This document shows positions 19,121 to 29,598 of a DNA stretch of 44,295 nt, piece after piece. Location: UHGV virus genome UHGV-0091795. One strand, 5' to 3'. Numbering within the stretch: position 1 is the first letter of the stretch; the number at the start of each line of letters is the position of its first letter. The translations under genes and the position numbers were made by a program. Origin of the DNA: a virus. The notes under the pieces are model-generated. The model worked only from the letters and a program-made list of their open reading frames with translations. It was not told the DNA's origin and did no database searches.

Positions 19121-20303
19121 CGGAGGGTTTCGTGGTCATGTTCATCGGTGTGAGATAGACATCCCCACCGGGACGCGGATTCATATCTTCCAGGTCGCGG
19201 CAGTCATTGGGAGAGTAAATTCCCCAGTTAATCCCGGTGGCGTAGGCTTCAAAACGGGACTTCATATCCCCGCGCAGTAACGCCCCGGCGTTAAATTTGG
19301 CGTAATAAACGCCCTGCTTACTTTTTCGTACCAGTCCGGTGTTGATCCGCTGCTCAATGCGGGTCAGATACGGCACCAGTGAATAGTTGATAAATCCCAG
19401 CCCCAGTTCTTCGATATTGTTGAAGGTGGCACGATCGGTGTTCTGCACCATGTGCAATGGCACACGGAACAGACGACAGATTTCTTCAAGCTGAAACTTG
19501 CGGGTTTCCAGGAACTGGCTGTCCTCGGCGTTCAGCGCCATCGACTTCCAGTCCAGCCCCATCTCAAGGATCATCGGGCGGTGAGCATTGCCAAGCCCGG
19601 TGTGACGCTCCTCAAAATCTTTCTTCAGGCGCTCATAAGCCTGATCTGACAGCGTCTGCTCTGTACGCAACACACCCGACGTCACCGCGCCATTGCTGAA
19701 CAGTCTGGCCCCGTGCTCTTCGGTCGCAGCTGCCAGCGATATTGCCTCGCGGGCATAGGCGATGGGATTCAGCCCCACCAGTCCGTCCAGCGTCAGCGTA
19801 CGCACATGCCAGATATCCTCCTGGCTCAGTACATCCGTGGAGCCATCCGGGAATGTGACCTGATAGATCGGCTCCCAGCTACTGTTAAGCTTCGGTACCA
19901 CACAGCCGGGATCGACGGGCAGCAGTTCAGCCACTTCGCCAAATGCTTTCACTTTGTAGGCGTAAAAGTTTCCCCGCAGGCACAGACAGGTGACCACCAG
20001 CTCCCAGAACTCCTGCGGCGTCATATAGCCATTGGGATGCGTGGAGATCAGCTTATGCAGACGTTCGCCAGTGGCTCTCTGCTTCAGGCTGCCGTTCAGG
20101 TGATACAGGTTGCAGGGCAACATCCCGACCGACTCCGCCAGCACCCTGACGCAGGAAAAAACCGCCGTCAGTCGCATGGCCCTCTGGCTGCTGATCTGCT
20201 TTCCGGTATAGGTGTCGTATGACAGCCCGATAGCATCCGCCAGCTCTGCTGGCGTGGTCACCGGTGCGTCACTTTTTCGTTGAAATAATCCCGAAAAGAA
20301 CAC
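19062..20303 (-). CDS. portal protein (HK97 family)
   Basis: 413-aa ORF downstream of the large terminase. Confidence 0.75.
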   Translation of the reverse strand: MFFSGLFQRKSDAPVTTPAELADAIGLSYDTYTGKQISSQRAMRLTAVFSCVRVLAESVGMLPCNLYHLNGSLKQRATGERLHKLISTHPNGYMTPQEFWELVVTCLCLRGNFYAYKVKAFGEVAELLPVDPGCVVPKLNSSWEPIYQVTFPDGSTDVLSQEDIWHVRTLTLDGLVGLNPIAYAREAISLAAATEEHGARLFSNGAVTSGVLRTEQTLSDQAYERLKKDFEERHTGLGNAHRPMILEMGLDWKSMALNAEDSQFLETRKFQLEEICRLFRVPLHMVQNTDRATFNNIEELGLGFINYSLVPYLTRIEQRINTGLVRKSKQGVYYAKFNAGALLRGDMKSRFEAYATGINWGIYSPNDCRDLEDMNPRPGGDVYLTPMNMTTKPSDGSKAGKQKDNANADETTS

Positions 20304-20485
20304 TATTTACCTCCACCAACAGACATCTGTGTACGGTCGAGATATCGCGCCACCAGCCACGACCAGAACAGGCACAACGCCCCGGCAACAACAAACCCCG
20401 CAGGGGGATAAATCAGCCAGGCACCATACGCCAGCAAAAGCACCCCCAGCACGCCCACCAGAGGCGCGAGAATCAGCATGATCAT
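20303..20485 (-). CDS. small membrane protein
   Basis: 60-aa hydrophobic ORF (two predicted TM segments) whose stop abuts the portal start. Confidence 0.35.
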   Translation of the reverse strand: MIMLILAPLVGVLGVLLLAYGAWLIYPPAGFVVAGALCLFWSWLVARYLDRTQMSVGGGK

Positions 20486-20496
20486 AATTACCTCAG

Positions 20497-22230
20497 TTAA
20501 AGCGAGCGGATCCCGTAGGACTCAATGTGATCAGACAGCGTGTCTTCTTTCTCGTACAGCATGGCTCTGCCAACCGCCATAATCAGCGCAACTGCACCAT
20601 CGATTTTGTTTTCCGCCTGCTCTTTGACGGGCTTCACCACATCATCGTTACCCGGAATGGTTTTGCCGACCACGTTGCCGATACACCAGGTCATGATGGG
20701 ATTGCCATCATGATGAAAGCGCCCCGATTCAATTGCCGCTTCCAGCTCTTTCATCGGGTCGGACATGTTGGTGTAGTTCTGAATGATGGTGATGGGATTC
20801 AGGTCTTCATCAGCAAGGTCATGTGACAGCCCGGTCGCCCCGAAGGGGTCGATGGGTGACTCGCTGACCGGGCTGATTTTGTTCGCCGCTTTGGCCTCTT
20901 CGAGGATGTAGCGATAATCCACCTCTGCACCATCGGTAACGGTCAGGACGCCCATTTCCACCCATTTCTGAAAGCGTTCGGCTGTCCGGCGATCTTCATT
21001 TTTCTCGACGCTGTACACCGTGTCATACGGTACCCAGAAACGCGGGGCCACACTGTAGTAATGCGTTTTACCGTCAATCTCGCGGGTATAAAGTCGCGCC
21101 ATGCTGTTCATATCCAGCTTACGGGCCAGGTCAAAGGCCAGAATGCACGGCTGCCCCTCGAACTGCTCAAGGGTCAGTGATTTATCCTCGCAGCTCTGCC
21201 AGCTCACCAGGTTGAAATACGCCGAACGCGCCGACACCCAGATATTGAGGTGTTTTGTTTTAAAGACGTTTGCCAGACGGGCGTTATTTTTCGCACGCTG
21301 CTGCTGACTTAACAAAAATTCGCGATAAACCGACACGCCAATATTTGGATTGGCTTTTTCCAGCACCTGCGGGTTGGTCCAGTCGTCACCTTCGTCAACG
21401 GTATAGATGATCCCGAACAGTTCATCGTTGGGTACCGAACCGTTGAGCATCTCGATAACTTCCCGTCGCTTGTCGTAGCACGGCCCCTCAATGTTGTACC
21501 CGGCAGTAGTAATGGCCCACATCAGTGGCTGACGTCGCGCCCCCATCCCGGTAAGCATCGTGGTGTAAAGCGCATCGGTGGCGTGCTCGTGATATTCATC
21601 CACCACCGCACAGTGGGGTGATGAACCATCACCGGGGTTACCGATCAGCGGTTCAAACCGCGCGCCATCCTCCGGACGATTCATGTTTGAGGCGTTAACC
21701 TCAATCCCGAACGCTTCCGTCAGCATGGGTGTGCGTTTACACATCAGTCGCGCCGGGCGAAAGACTTCCCACGCCTGTTTCTCTGTCGTGGCACCGGAAT
21801 ACACTTCCGCGCCAAACTCGTTATCACAGGCAAAACAATACAGGGCAACACCGGCAGAGATTGCCGATTTGCCGTTCTTACGGGGGATTTCGGTATACAC
21901 CTCCCGGAAGCGGCGCAACCGGGTGCCTTTATTGACCCAGCCAAACGCACAGCAGATCACAAATAGCTGCCACGGCTCCAGCGTGATGGGCATCCTCTTG
22001 AATGCCCACTCACCCTTGGTGTGCGGCAACAGCTGAATAAATTTCGCGGCCCGTTCAGCCAGGTCCTTGTCGAAGCGGTAACGAAACGACTTACTTTTTT
22101 CCGCCATCAGGTCATCAAGATGGCGCTGGCAGGCCTGAATCACAAACTGGCAGGCCACAATCTTTCCGCGAACGACATCCCGGGCATACTGATTGGCAGC
22201 ATTTACGTTGGGGTAAGATTTCCGGCTCAT
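20497..22230 (-). CDS. terminase large subunit
   Basis: 577-aa ORF with ATPase and nuclease regions, upstream of the portal gene. Confidence 0.8.
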   Translation of the reverse strand: MSRKSYPNVNAANQYARDVVRGKIVACQFVIQACQRHLDDLMAEKSKSFRYRFDKDLAERAAKFIQLLPHTKGEWAFKRMPITLEPWQLFVICCAFGWVNKGTRLRRFREVYTEIPRKNGKSAISAGVALYCFACDNEFGAEVYSGATTEKQAWEVFRPARLMCKRTPMLTEAFGIEVNASNMNRPEDGARFEPLIGNPGDGSSPHCAVVDEYHEHATDALYTTMLTGMGARRQPLMWAITTAGYNIEGPCYDKRREVIEMLNGSVPNDELFGIIYTVDEGDDWTNPQVLEKANPNIGVSVYREFLLSQQQRAKNNARLANVFKTKHLNIWVSARSAYFNLVSWQSCEDKSLTLEQFEGQPCILAFDLARKLDMNSMARLYTREIDGKTHYYSVAPRFWVPYDTVYSVEKNEDRRTAERFQKWVEMGVLTVTDGAEVDYRYILEEAKAANKISPVSESPIDPFGATGLSHDLADEDLNPITIIQNYTNMSDPMKELEAAIESGRFHHDGNPIMTWCIGNVVGKTIPGNDDVVKPVKEQAENKIDGAVALIMAVGRAMLYEKEDTLSDHIESYGIRSL

Positions 22231-22730
22231 GATTCGATGATTTTCAGAAACGGGTTAGTGGCTTTCTTCTTCCCCGCCAGGCCAATCAGACGCTGGCGGC
22301 TGCTGGGGTCGAGTCCGAGCATTGCCCCCGTGCTGCTCATCTCGGACTCCTGTTCTTTTTTGGCGGTCAGCTCCGGATTTTTGACCCTGCCGCCCATTGC
22401 ACCGGTGATGGTGTTGCCCTGTATGGCAATATTTTTCACGGCACGTCGCCAGAACTCATAGGCCACGCACCACCGCTCAAGCACCGCGAGGTCAGTCACG
22501 CACAACAGGCCCTGACCGCAGAGTTCTTTGGTTGTCAGTTGCCACATGATCGTGGCGAGAGGGAGATTTTCTTCTGCGAACCACTCCGGTGGCTCAACAC
22601 CTTTGATGGGCGTAAAAACAGGTTCATCTTTATTCAGGGCTCGCTTGCCGGGGTTTCCGGCCAGCGCCTTGCGCGCCGTTGGCTTGGGGCGACGCCCGGA
22701 ACGCCCCGCCGTTCCAGCCATATGCGGCAC
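22227..22730 (-). CDS. terminase small subunit
   Basis: 167-aa ORF overlapping the large terminase start. Confidence 0.65.
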   Translation of the reverse strand: MPHMAGTAGRSGRRPKPTARKALAGNPGKRALNKDEPVFTPIKGVEPPEWFAEENLPLATIMWQLTTKELCGQGLLCVTDLAVLERWCVAYEFWRRAVKNIAIQGNTITGAMGGRVKNPELTAKKEQESEMSSTGAMLGLDPSSRQRLIGLAGKKKATNPFLKIIES

Positions 22731-22846
22731 TCCTGGTTAAATTTCATTTTTCGCGGGTATAAAAAAACGATGGGGCGGGCAGTCCGGAAGACGTCAGGCC
22801 AAAGGGATTTGACCCGCCCCTCCCCTCTGGCAGTGGGAACTGGTTC

Positions 22847-23197
22847 TTACTTCAGCCGTTCACGGGCCGTCTTCGCCTTATGACACGGCCAGCACAGACT
22901 CTGCAGATTATTGTCGGCATCAGTGCCGCCATGCGCTTTAGGGATGATGTGGTCAACGGTTTTTGCTTCACGCACCACGCCAGCACGCTGGCATAACTGA
23001 CATAAACCTTTGTCACGCTTCAGCACGCGCGCGCGGATAACGTCCCACTTCGAACCATAACCGCGCTGATGACGGGACTGACCTGGCTTGTATTGCTTCC
23101 AGCCTTCGCTTTTGTGGCTTTCGCAGTAGCCTGAAGGATCTGTGGTGGTATGGCGGCAGCCGCGAAAACGGCAGGCTTTTGGGGTTCGTGGTGGCAT
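22847..23197 (-). CDS. HNH endonuclease (packaging-associated)
   Basis: 116-aa ORF with Cys-rich zinc-finger and HNH-like motifs (DHIIPKAHGG ... CWPCH) immediately upstream of the terminase genes, as in HK97-like phages. Confidence 0.7.
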   Translation of the reverse strand: MPPRTPKACRFRGCRHTTTDPSGYCESHKSEGWKQYKPGQSRHQRGYGSKWDVIRARVLKRDKGLCQLCQRAGVVREAKTVDHIIPKAHGGTDADNNLQSLCWPCHKAKTARERLK

Positions 23198-23299
23198 TTA
23201 AAGTGGGATCTAACTCTAATAATTTAAAAAATTTAATTGGGTCTTGATATTAATCACATAGACTCAATGCTCTTTAGTTCTTACATAGGTGGTTGTATT

Positions 23300-23467
23300 A
23301 TGAGTATCCCCAGTTTAGATGTTCATAAAGTTGTTAAGTGCGCGGAGCATAAAAAGGCTTTAGATGCAATATCTCTCAAACTTAAGAATAACATTATTGA
23401 CTCAAGCACTGAATGCGATTTTCTTGGCGACACAATAATTTTCAATCAAGATAAAAAAATAGGTTAA
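23300..23467 (+). CDS. hypothetical protein (AT-rich islet; possible 5' part of a frameshifted gene)
   Basis: ATG at 23300 preceded by aggtgg; the ORF ends just after an A7 run at 23453-23459. Confidence 0.3.
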   Translation: MSIPSLDVHKVVKCAEHKKALDAISLKLKNNIIDSSTECDFLGDTIIFNQDKKIG

Positions 23468-23739
23468 CCCTCAAACTTTCAACATATGAACTAGAACTTA
23501 TTTTCAAAGAAACACTGCTGATCATTGATGACGCTCCTGTATTGAAGTTTGCTGCCATTGACCCAACCGATGAAAATAACAACGAGTTGATTGGTTTATT
23601 TTTATCCAAAAATGGATTTATTTATATTAGAGAATACAAATCCGAGCAACGTTATGAATATGGCGACACTTCTCTATTTTTACATATACTTGACGCTACT
23701 CTTAAAGAGCTTAAAGCTGCAAACAAAATATCCTATTAA
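23455..23739 (+). CDS. hypothetical protein (AT-rich islet; possible 3' part of a frameshifted gene)
   Basis: Open frame from 23455 with no in-frame ATG before a TTG at 23542; it is in the -1 frame relative to the upstream ORF across the A7 run. Confidence 0.3.
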   Translation, partial: KNRLTLKLSTYELELIFKETLLIIDDAPVLKFAAIDPTDENNNELIGLFLSKNGFIYIREYKSEQRYEYGDTSLFLHILDATLKELKAANKISY

Positions 23740-23917
23740 ATAAATTTTTGCTAACATAGCCCCTCGCCATGACAAGATTTTCTGTTCTAGATGCAAGGGC
23801 TATGTGTGAATATCTATAAACAAAAACCCCATCCGGTGATTTTTGTCATTTTTTAGCCATCTCAATTGCGGCATCAAAAAGTCGTTCAAGAATAAAATCA
23901 GGGTACTGTAATTTTTC

Positions 23918-24160
23918 TTACTCGATATGAAGCTTATAAATTTTTCTTCCCCACTCCCATTTAAAATCAAATCCAGAAGCAGAAGGTGCGAAATGTATTT
24001 TAGCTTTAGGGTTAGCGTAACCAGCAACAGTCAACACATCAAACTTAAAATCTTGAGGTTTAATACGCATAGTCATATCCTTTACCAAGTTCATCATTAT
24101 TCTTCGCGAGAATAAAACAATGAATAAAATCATTAAAGCATAGACGTTAAATATCCTCAA
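23918..24160 (-). CDS. hypothetical small protein downstream of Rz
   Basis: 80-aa AT-rich ORF on the late-gene strand immediately after Rz; unrecognised. Confidence 0.3.
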   Translation of the reverse strand: MRIFNVYALMILFIVLFSRRIMMNLVKDMTMRIKPQDFKFDVLTVAGYANPKAKIHFAPSASGFDFKWEWGRKIYKLHIE

Positions 24161-24167
24161 AATGTGA

Positions 24168-24626
24168 TTAGTTGGGACATTGCGTCCTGATATACTCCTG
24201 CAAGTAATTCACCTGTGAGGTTATCTTGTCGATTCCACTTCGGAGACGGTAATAATTGAGTTCAGCATCTGCTGTAAGTCCTGGGCTTTCTCCATCGCCC
24301 ATGCCGCTGGCTCCGGTCGTTGACTTTGCACAGGTGGCGGCGACTTGCAGGCGCTTACGCCCAGCAGAAACATCAGCACGGAGACTTTCGATAGTCGCGT
24401 TAGCATCAGCAAGCTCCTTTGTGTATCTTGCGTCGAGTTCTGCTACATCACGTTGACGCTTCCGCATGTCAGCGATGGTGGCGTTCGCCTTCTCCAGTTC
24501 ACTGGCCTTGTTATCGCGCTGCTCCTTGTAGGCGATTGCGTTATCACGGTAATGATTAACAGCCAATGACAGGCAGACGATGATGCAGATAACCAGAGCG
24601 GAGATAATCGCGGTTACTCTGCTCAT
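24168..24626 (-). CDS. Rz: i-spanin Rz
   Basis: [20 protein letters not shown]... with N-terminal TM segment and coiled-coil body, closely resembling lambda Rz. Confidence 0.85.
   Translation of the reverse strand: MSRVTAIISALVICIIVCLSLAVNHYRDNAIAYKEQRDNKASELEKANATIADMRKRQRDVAELDARYTKELADANATIESLRADVSAGRKRLQVAATCAKSTTGASGMGDGESPGLTADAELNYYRLRSGIDKITSQVNYLQEYIRTQCPN
24221..24412 (-). CDS. Rz1: o-spanin Rz1 (embedded in the +1 frame of Rz)
   Basis: Signal peptide with lipobox (LGVSAC) followed by a proline-rich segment ([15 protein letters not shown]), embedded in Rz like lambda Rz1. Confidence 0.7.
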   Translation of the reverse strand: MLMLTRLSKVSVLMFLLGVSACKSPPPVQSQRPEPAAWAMEKAQDLQQMLNSIITVSEVESTR

Positions 24627-25120
24627 TGTTTCCCCCACAAACAGACTTCACGCTCAATCTCACGGCGAGTCATCAGTCCTTTCCATTGATTACCGCCAGC
24701 GTATGTCCAGCGCCGTAGCTGATCACATGCGCCTTTAATATCACCCTGGTTTATTTTGCGAAGAAGCGTCGATGTTCTGAAATTGCCAGCACCCACGTTG
24801 TAGACGAACGAGTAAAGAGCGCCGCGCGTTGTTTCCGGTATATCGACTTTGATGTACGGGTTAATTTGTCTGGCGACAGTGGCAAGGTCTTTATTCAAGA
24901 GTGCTTTGCATTCTGCTTTGGTATACGTTTTACCGAGCATGATGTCTTTTCCTGTATGCCCGTGACATACAGTCCATACACCAACAATATCTTTGTATGG
25001 TATGTAGCTGACACCTTCCAGACCATCGTTACCACTTGGGCCAGTGATTAACACTGATGCTATAGCAATTGCTCCGCCACCAATAGCAGCAGCAACGGCT
25101 TTTCGTAATGATGGAGGCAT
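24623..25120 (-). CDS. R: SAR endolysin (phage 21 R-like lysozyme)
   Basis: 165-aa ORF with an N-terminal Gly/Ala-rich signal-anchor-release segment ([18 protein letters not shown]) and a lysozyme domain; closely resembles phage 21 R. Confidence 0.85.
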   Translation of the reverse strand: MPPSLRKAVAAAIGGGAIAIASVLITGPSGNDGLEGVSYIPYKDIVGVWTVCHGHTGKDIMLGKTYTKAECKALLNKDLATVARQINPYIKVDIPETTRGALYSFVYNVGAGNFRTSTLLRKINQGDIKGACDQLRRWTYAGGNQWKGLMTRREIEREVCLWGKQ

Positions 25121-25335
25121 TATTCACCTCTCGCAGCCTTGCGCTTATCTTCTTTAATCTTGAAATAAAGGTTTGTCAGGTACGTCAGCAGGCCAAATAC
25201 CAGGCTACCCAGCACACCTATTGCTGCCCACTGTGAGGGCGTGACTTTATCGAGCAGCTGTAAAAACCAGTAGCCAGCACTGCCTGCGGAGGTGCCGTAG
25301 GCAATGCCCGTTGTTAACTTATCCATGGATTTCAT
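25120..25335 (-). CDS. S: pinholin (phage 21 S-like class II holin)
   Basis: 71-aa ORF with two TM segments and a charged C-terminus ([13 protein letters not shown]), and a dual-start Met-Lys...Met arrangement, like S21. Confidence 0.85.
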   Translation of the reverse strand: MKSMDKLTTGIAYGTSAGSAGYWFLQLLDKVTPSQWAAIGVLGSLVFGLLTYLTNLYFKIKEDKRKAARGE

Positions 25336-25522
25336 AGCCTCACCTCCGCAAATAACGGATGGTGTACACGGTTCGGAACGAAGAGGAAAGGTATAGAAGT
25401 TACATTAGCGTAAGGCTTGAACATCTATTCAAAAAGAAAAACGCCGCGATTATTCTGGCGTAGCTGAAAGCATCATACAATTATCAAATACGAAAATTAC
25501 AAAATCATTAAAACGCATCACG

Positions 25523-26263
25523 TTACATCATGTTTTTTTCTAAAAAAAATCTTGATGAATATTGATGGGGAGGAACACCAAAATACCTTCTGAAAACACT
25601 TACAAAATATGACGTGTTTTCATAACCGCATATCTCAGCAACTTTTCCAACAGAATATAAATTGTAGCTTAATAACCTTTCCGCCATCACCATTCGCTCT
25701 TCAAGAATTAACTTACTAAATGATAAGCCTTCGTCTTTTAATTTTCTTTTTAACAAACTCTCGCTCATATATAATCTTGAAGATATATCACAAAGTCTCC
25801 ATGACGCTGAGATATCCGTGTGAATAATAGCCTTAACTTTACTTCCCAAACTATTAAGACATCCAAATAAAAAACTTTGCACTATTTTCTCTGAAGATAA
25901 GATAGCAAGACATGCAAGTGATATTTGATTTCTAACAAAATCCACAGTTCTGCCATCACAATTCAAGCATGCAATCAAGTTCTTTAACAATGAAAAATCT
26001 TCACATTCCACCATCAAGTATGCCGGATAAAACCTTCTTACAGAAAAAGGTGAGAGTGTGTTGCTTTTAAAGAAATCATTAACTGTTTTCTCTTCAACAT
26101 CTACGATCATTACATGATCTACATTTGATGAAAAAAAATCTTTTAAATTGTAATCAATGAGAACAGCACTTCCTTTTTTAAACAAAATATCTTCTTTACC
26201 AATTCGGACATCAAACGAGTTCAACACCAAAATGATAGAACATATGTATGGCATATTATCCAC
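25523..26263 (-). CDS. AraC-family transcriptional regulator (moron)
   Basis: 246-aa AT-rich ORF whose C-terminus (VGKVAEICGYENTSYFVSVFRRYFGVPPHQY) is a classic AraC-type HTH. Confidence 0.7.
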   Translation of the reverse strand: MDNMPYICSIILVLNSFDVRIGKEDILFKKGSAVLIDYNLKDFFSSNVDHVMIVDVEEKTVNDFFKSNTLSPFSVRRFYPAYLMVECEDFSLLKNLIACLNCDGRTVDFVRNQISLACLAILSSEKIVQSFLFGCLNSLGSKVKAIIHTDISASWRLCDISSRLYMSESLLKRKLKDEGLSFSKLILEERMVMAERLLSYNLYSVGKVAEICGYENTSYFVSVFRRYFGVPPHQYSSRFFLEKNMM

Positions 26264-26359
26264 CTGATATCATTGGGGTTACACCAGGTAAGTATAGGTG
26301 AAATGATCTTACCCAGCAATAGTGGACACGCGGCTAAGTGAGTAAACTCTCAGTCAGAG

Positions 26360-26668
26360 GTGACTCACATGACAAAAACAGTATCAACCAGTAAAAAACC
26401 CCGTAAACAGCATTCGCCTGAATTTCGCAGTGAAGCCCTGAAGCTTGCTGAACGCATCGGTGTTACTGCCGCAGCCCGTGAACTCAGCCTGTATGAATCA
26501 CAGCTCTACAACTGGCGCAGTAAACAGCAAAATCAGCAGACGTCTTCTGAACGTGAACTGGAGATGTCTACCGAGATTGCACGTCTCAAACGCCAGCTGG
26601 CAGAACGGGATGAAGAGCTGGCTATCCTCCAAAAGGCCGCGACATACTTCGCGAAGCGCCTGAAATGA
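26360..26668 (+). CDS. insE: IS3 transposase OrfA
   Basis: 102-aa [35 protein letters not shown]... with HTH and leucine zipper, matching IS3 OrfA. Confidence 0.9.
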
Positions 26669-27531
26669 AGTATGTCTTTATTGAAAAACATCAGGCTGAG
26701 TTCAGCATCAAAGCAATGTGCCGCGTGCTCCGGGTGGCCCGCAGCGGCTGGTATACGTGGTGTCAGCGGCGGACAAGGATAAGCACGCGTCAGCAGTTCC
26801 GCCAACACTGCGACAGCGTTGTCCTCGCGGCTTTTACCCGGTCAAAACAGCGTTACGGTGCCCCACGCCTGACGGATGAACTGCGTGCTCAGGGTTACCC
26901 CTTTAACGTAAAAACCGTGGCGGCAAGCCTGCGCCGTCAGGGACTGAGGGCAAAGGCCTCCCGGAAGTTCAGCCCGGTCAGCTACCGCGCACACGGCCTG
27001 CCTGTGTCAGAAAATCTGTTGGAGCAGGATTTTTACGCCAGTGGCCCGAACCAGAAGTGGGCAGGAGACATCACGTACTTACGTACAGATGAAGGCTGGC
27101 TGTATCTGGCAGTGGTCATTGACCTGTGGTCACGTGCCGTTATTGGCTGGTCAATGTCGCCACGCATGACGGCGCAACTGGCCTGCGATGCCCTGCAGAT
27201 GGCGCTGTGGCGGCGTAAGAGGCCCCGGAACGTTATCGTTCACACGGACCGTGGAGGCCAGTACTGTTCAGCAGATTATCAGGCGCAACTGAAGCGGCAT
27301 AATCTGCGTGGAAGTATGAGCGCAAAAGGTTGCTGCTACGATAATGCCTGCGTGGAAAGCTTCTTTCATTCGCTGAAAGTGGAATGTATCCATGGAGAAC
27401 ACTTTATCAGCCGGGAAATAATGCGGGCAACGGTGTTTAATTATATCGAATGTGATTACAATCGGTGGCGGCGGCACAGTTGGTGTGGCGGCCTCAGTCC
27501 GGAACAATTTGAAAACAAGAACCTCGCTTAG
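26665..27531 (+). CDS. insF: IS3 transposase OrfB (DDE catalytic domain)
   Basis: 288-aa ORF overlapping orfA in the -1 frame, the IS3 frameshift arrangement; contains a DDE integrase-core region. Confidence 0.9.
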
Positions 27532-27866
27532 GCCTGTGTCCATATTACGTGGGTAGGATCAAAAAATCAATATTCGCCAGTTCAACAATAAGGAAAATTT
27601 CATTGCATCACAAGTATAAAATTATGTATTTAACTCACAAAGACAAATTATTAAACCAATCTGTTATATTATATATAGCTGCGTGGAATCATAATATTAT
27701 ATATTTTGACTGGCATGTTTACCAACTTTAAGTTGCATCTCAATTGTTTCTTCAGCGTAAACAGAGTTTTTATACAAACTGACACTCTGGGTATCATAGT
27801 GTAGTTTTTACGATTGTAAATATCCTGTATGCAGGAACTCATCCTTTTGGATGATATCGCATACAA

Positions 27867-28826
27867 TTAATTTACCATCAGTCTTAGAGCCAGTTCGTCC
27901 GGATAGGGATCGAAGTAATTCTGTGTAAGCAAGTAATCATTAGGATACTCACCCAGATAATGCTTCAGCAGAGTCAACGGCGCAAGAAGAGGTAATGTGC
28001 CAGAACGATAGTTAAGTATAACCTCGCTCAACTCTTTACGCTGGCGTGTACTTAAGTAGTTACTAAAATACCCCTGTATATGCATCAGCACATTCGTGTG
28101 ATTTTTACGTGATGCAGGTTTTCTGAGAATCGCCATCAGCTTATCACGATACACCTCAAAGTATGATTCAAGATCCGCCCACTCGTGTATTGCAGCCACA
28201 AATGGTCCCATATCTTTATAGCCTGTCTGATTATGCGCCAACAACTGAAGCTTATAACGACTATGAAAAGCCAATAACTCTCTTCTTGATAATTTCTCCT
28301 TGTAAAGGTGATTGAGCTCATGCAAAGCAAAAACTCTTTCAACAAAATTCTCACGAAGCACTGGATCATGTAATCGCCCATCCTCTTCAACCGGTAGCCA
28401 GGAAAACTTTTCCATCAAAGTGCTCGTAAATAGTCCCACTCCATCTTTACGACCTCGATTACCATTTTCATCATAGACACGCACGCGCTCCATGCCACAG
28501 CTGGGAGATTTAGCACAAACCACAAACCCCGATACATCCTTTAATTTGTCCATATAAGAACGACTAAACTCTGTCATTCTCTCTGTCACATCCTCATTCT
28601 GGTCGTGGCTGAAACACATCCGTATATTTCCTTGCGTCGAGCGCACAAGACGTAGAGCAGGACGCGGAACTGGCAGCCCTATAGCCATTTCCGGACATAC
28701 TGGTCTGAATGTTACCCATTCCACTAATTTGTCCATTAAAAAGTCAGCTCTTTTGTGACCACCATCAAAACGAACAGCAGAACCGGCCAAACAACCGCTG
28801 ATTCCAATCACAGGTTTTTTTATCAT
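27867..28826 (-). CDS. DUF523/DUF1722-family protein (moron)
   Basis: 319-aa ORF; N-terminus MIKKPVIGISGCLAGSAVRFDGGH matches the Cys-containing DUF523-type start, followed by a DUF1722-like C-terminal part. Lies in AT-rich surroundings. Confidence 0.55.
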   Translation of the reverse strand: MIKKPVIGISGCLAGSAVRFDGGHKRADFLMDKLVEWVTFRPVCPEMAIGLPVPRPALRLVRSTQGNIRMCFSHDQNEDVTERMTEFSRSYMDKLKDVSGFVVCAKSPSCGMERVRVYDENGNRGRKDGVGLFTSTLMEKFSWLPVEEDGRLHDPVLRENFVERVFALHELNHLYKEKLSRRELLAFHSRYKLQLLAHNQTGYKDMGPFVAAIHEWADLESYFEVYRDKLMAILRKPASRKNHTNVLMHIQGYFSNYLSTRQRKELSEVILNYRSGTLPLLAPLTLLKHYLGEYPNDYLLTQNYFDPYPDELALRLMVN

Positions 28827-29018
28827 ATCCTCCCCCTTGACTAATTCATTAACACATAAACTGTGTAGTGCACGGAATAAATTGCCTTTCTGGCGTCATC
28901 ACTGACAATTTTTCTGTTATGGACTATTCCTAATATAGTATGAAAGTTCTTTAAGTGATCGGTCGTAATCATCTATCTTTCATACTTACTCTCAACTATC
29001 AAAAGTACAGGATTTATT

Positions 29019-29543
29019 ATGAAGTTATGGCCTGTGTTGACTGGCATTGCGCTCTCTTTCACTCTTATAGCATGTAAGGCCCCGACACCACCTAAAGGTG
29101 TGCAGCCGATTACAAATTTTGACGCCAACCGCTACCTCGGAAAATGGTATGAAATAGCTCGCCTCGAGAACCGGTTCGAACGTGGTCTGGAACAGGTCAG
29201 CGCTACTTATGGAAAACGGAACGACGGAGGGATTCGTGTACTTAACCGTGGATACGATCCAACGAAAAATAAATGGAGCGAGAGCGAAGGTAAAGCATAC
29301 TTTACTGGAGATACTAAAACTGCAGCGTTGAAGGTTTCGTTTTTTGGCCCCTTCTATGGTGGCTATAATGTAATCAAACTGGATGATGAGTATAAGTATG
29401 CTCTTGTCAGTGGTCCGAACAGAGAATACCTATGGATTCTGGCAAGGACCTCAACTATTCCAGATAAAGTAAAAGCAGACTATGTGCGAACCGCTCAAAA
29501 GTTGGGATTCAATGTCAATGAATTATTATGGGTTAAACAATAA
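29019..29543 (+). CDS. blc: outer-membrane lipocalin (Blc-like lipoprotein)
   Basis: 174-aa ORF with lipoprotein signal (LIAC) and strong similarity to E. coli Blc (NFDANRYLGKWYEIARLENRFERGLE ... KVSFFGPFYGGYNVI). Confidence 0.8.
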   Translation: MKLWPVLTGIALSFTLIACKAPTPPKGVQPITNFDANRYLGKWYEIARLENRFERGLEQVSATYGKRNDGGIRVLNRGYDPTKNKWSESEGKAYFTGDTKTAALKVSFFGPFYGGYNVIKLDDEYKYALVSGPNREYLWILARTSTIPDKVKADYVRTAQKLGFNVNELLWVKQ

Positions 29544-29571
29544 AATCCCTACCCGAAATGATACTTATTAG

Positions 29572-29598
29572 AAAAAAACCAGCCTTTGGGGAGGCTGG
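29572..29598 (-). terminator. intrinsic terminator downstream of Q (tR'-like), also positioned after blc
   Basis: Hairpin ccagcc-tttgggga-ggctgg preceded on the plus strand by A7, so it is followed by T7 on the minus strand. Confidence 0.6.

Larger units (their letters stand above)
26304..27561 (+). mobile_element. IS3 insertion sequence (complete, 1258 bp)
   Basis: Imperfect terminal inverted repeats (left TGATCTTACCCAGCAATAGTGGACAC, right end ...GTGTCCATATTACGTGGGTAGGATCA) enclosing orfA/orfB; flanked by AAA on both sides (possible 3-bp target duplication). Confidence 0.9.

Noticed and set aside
5437-20222. Numerous plus-strand ORFs of 60-200 aa inside the head/tail region (e.g. 5604-6002, 7428-7886, 9616-10113, 15217-15807, 15897-16394, 16267-16734, 19713-20222)
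   Set aside because: They lie antisense to long, tightly packed, translationally coupled minus-strand structural genes in GC-rich DNA and have Arg/Pro/Gly-rich low-complexity translations typical of shadow ORFs.
27562-27866. Small AT-rich ORFs (27549-27731 plus, 27669-27866 minus) between IS3 and the DUF523-like gene
   Set aside because: Low-complexity AT-rich translations overlapping the IS3 end and a probable promoter region; no supporting start context.
28136-28390. 84-aa minus-strand ORF inside the DUF523/DUF1722 gene
   Set aside because: Alternative frame entirely nested in a longer, better-supported ORF on the same strand.
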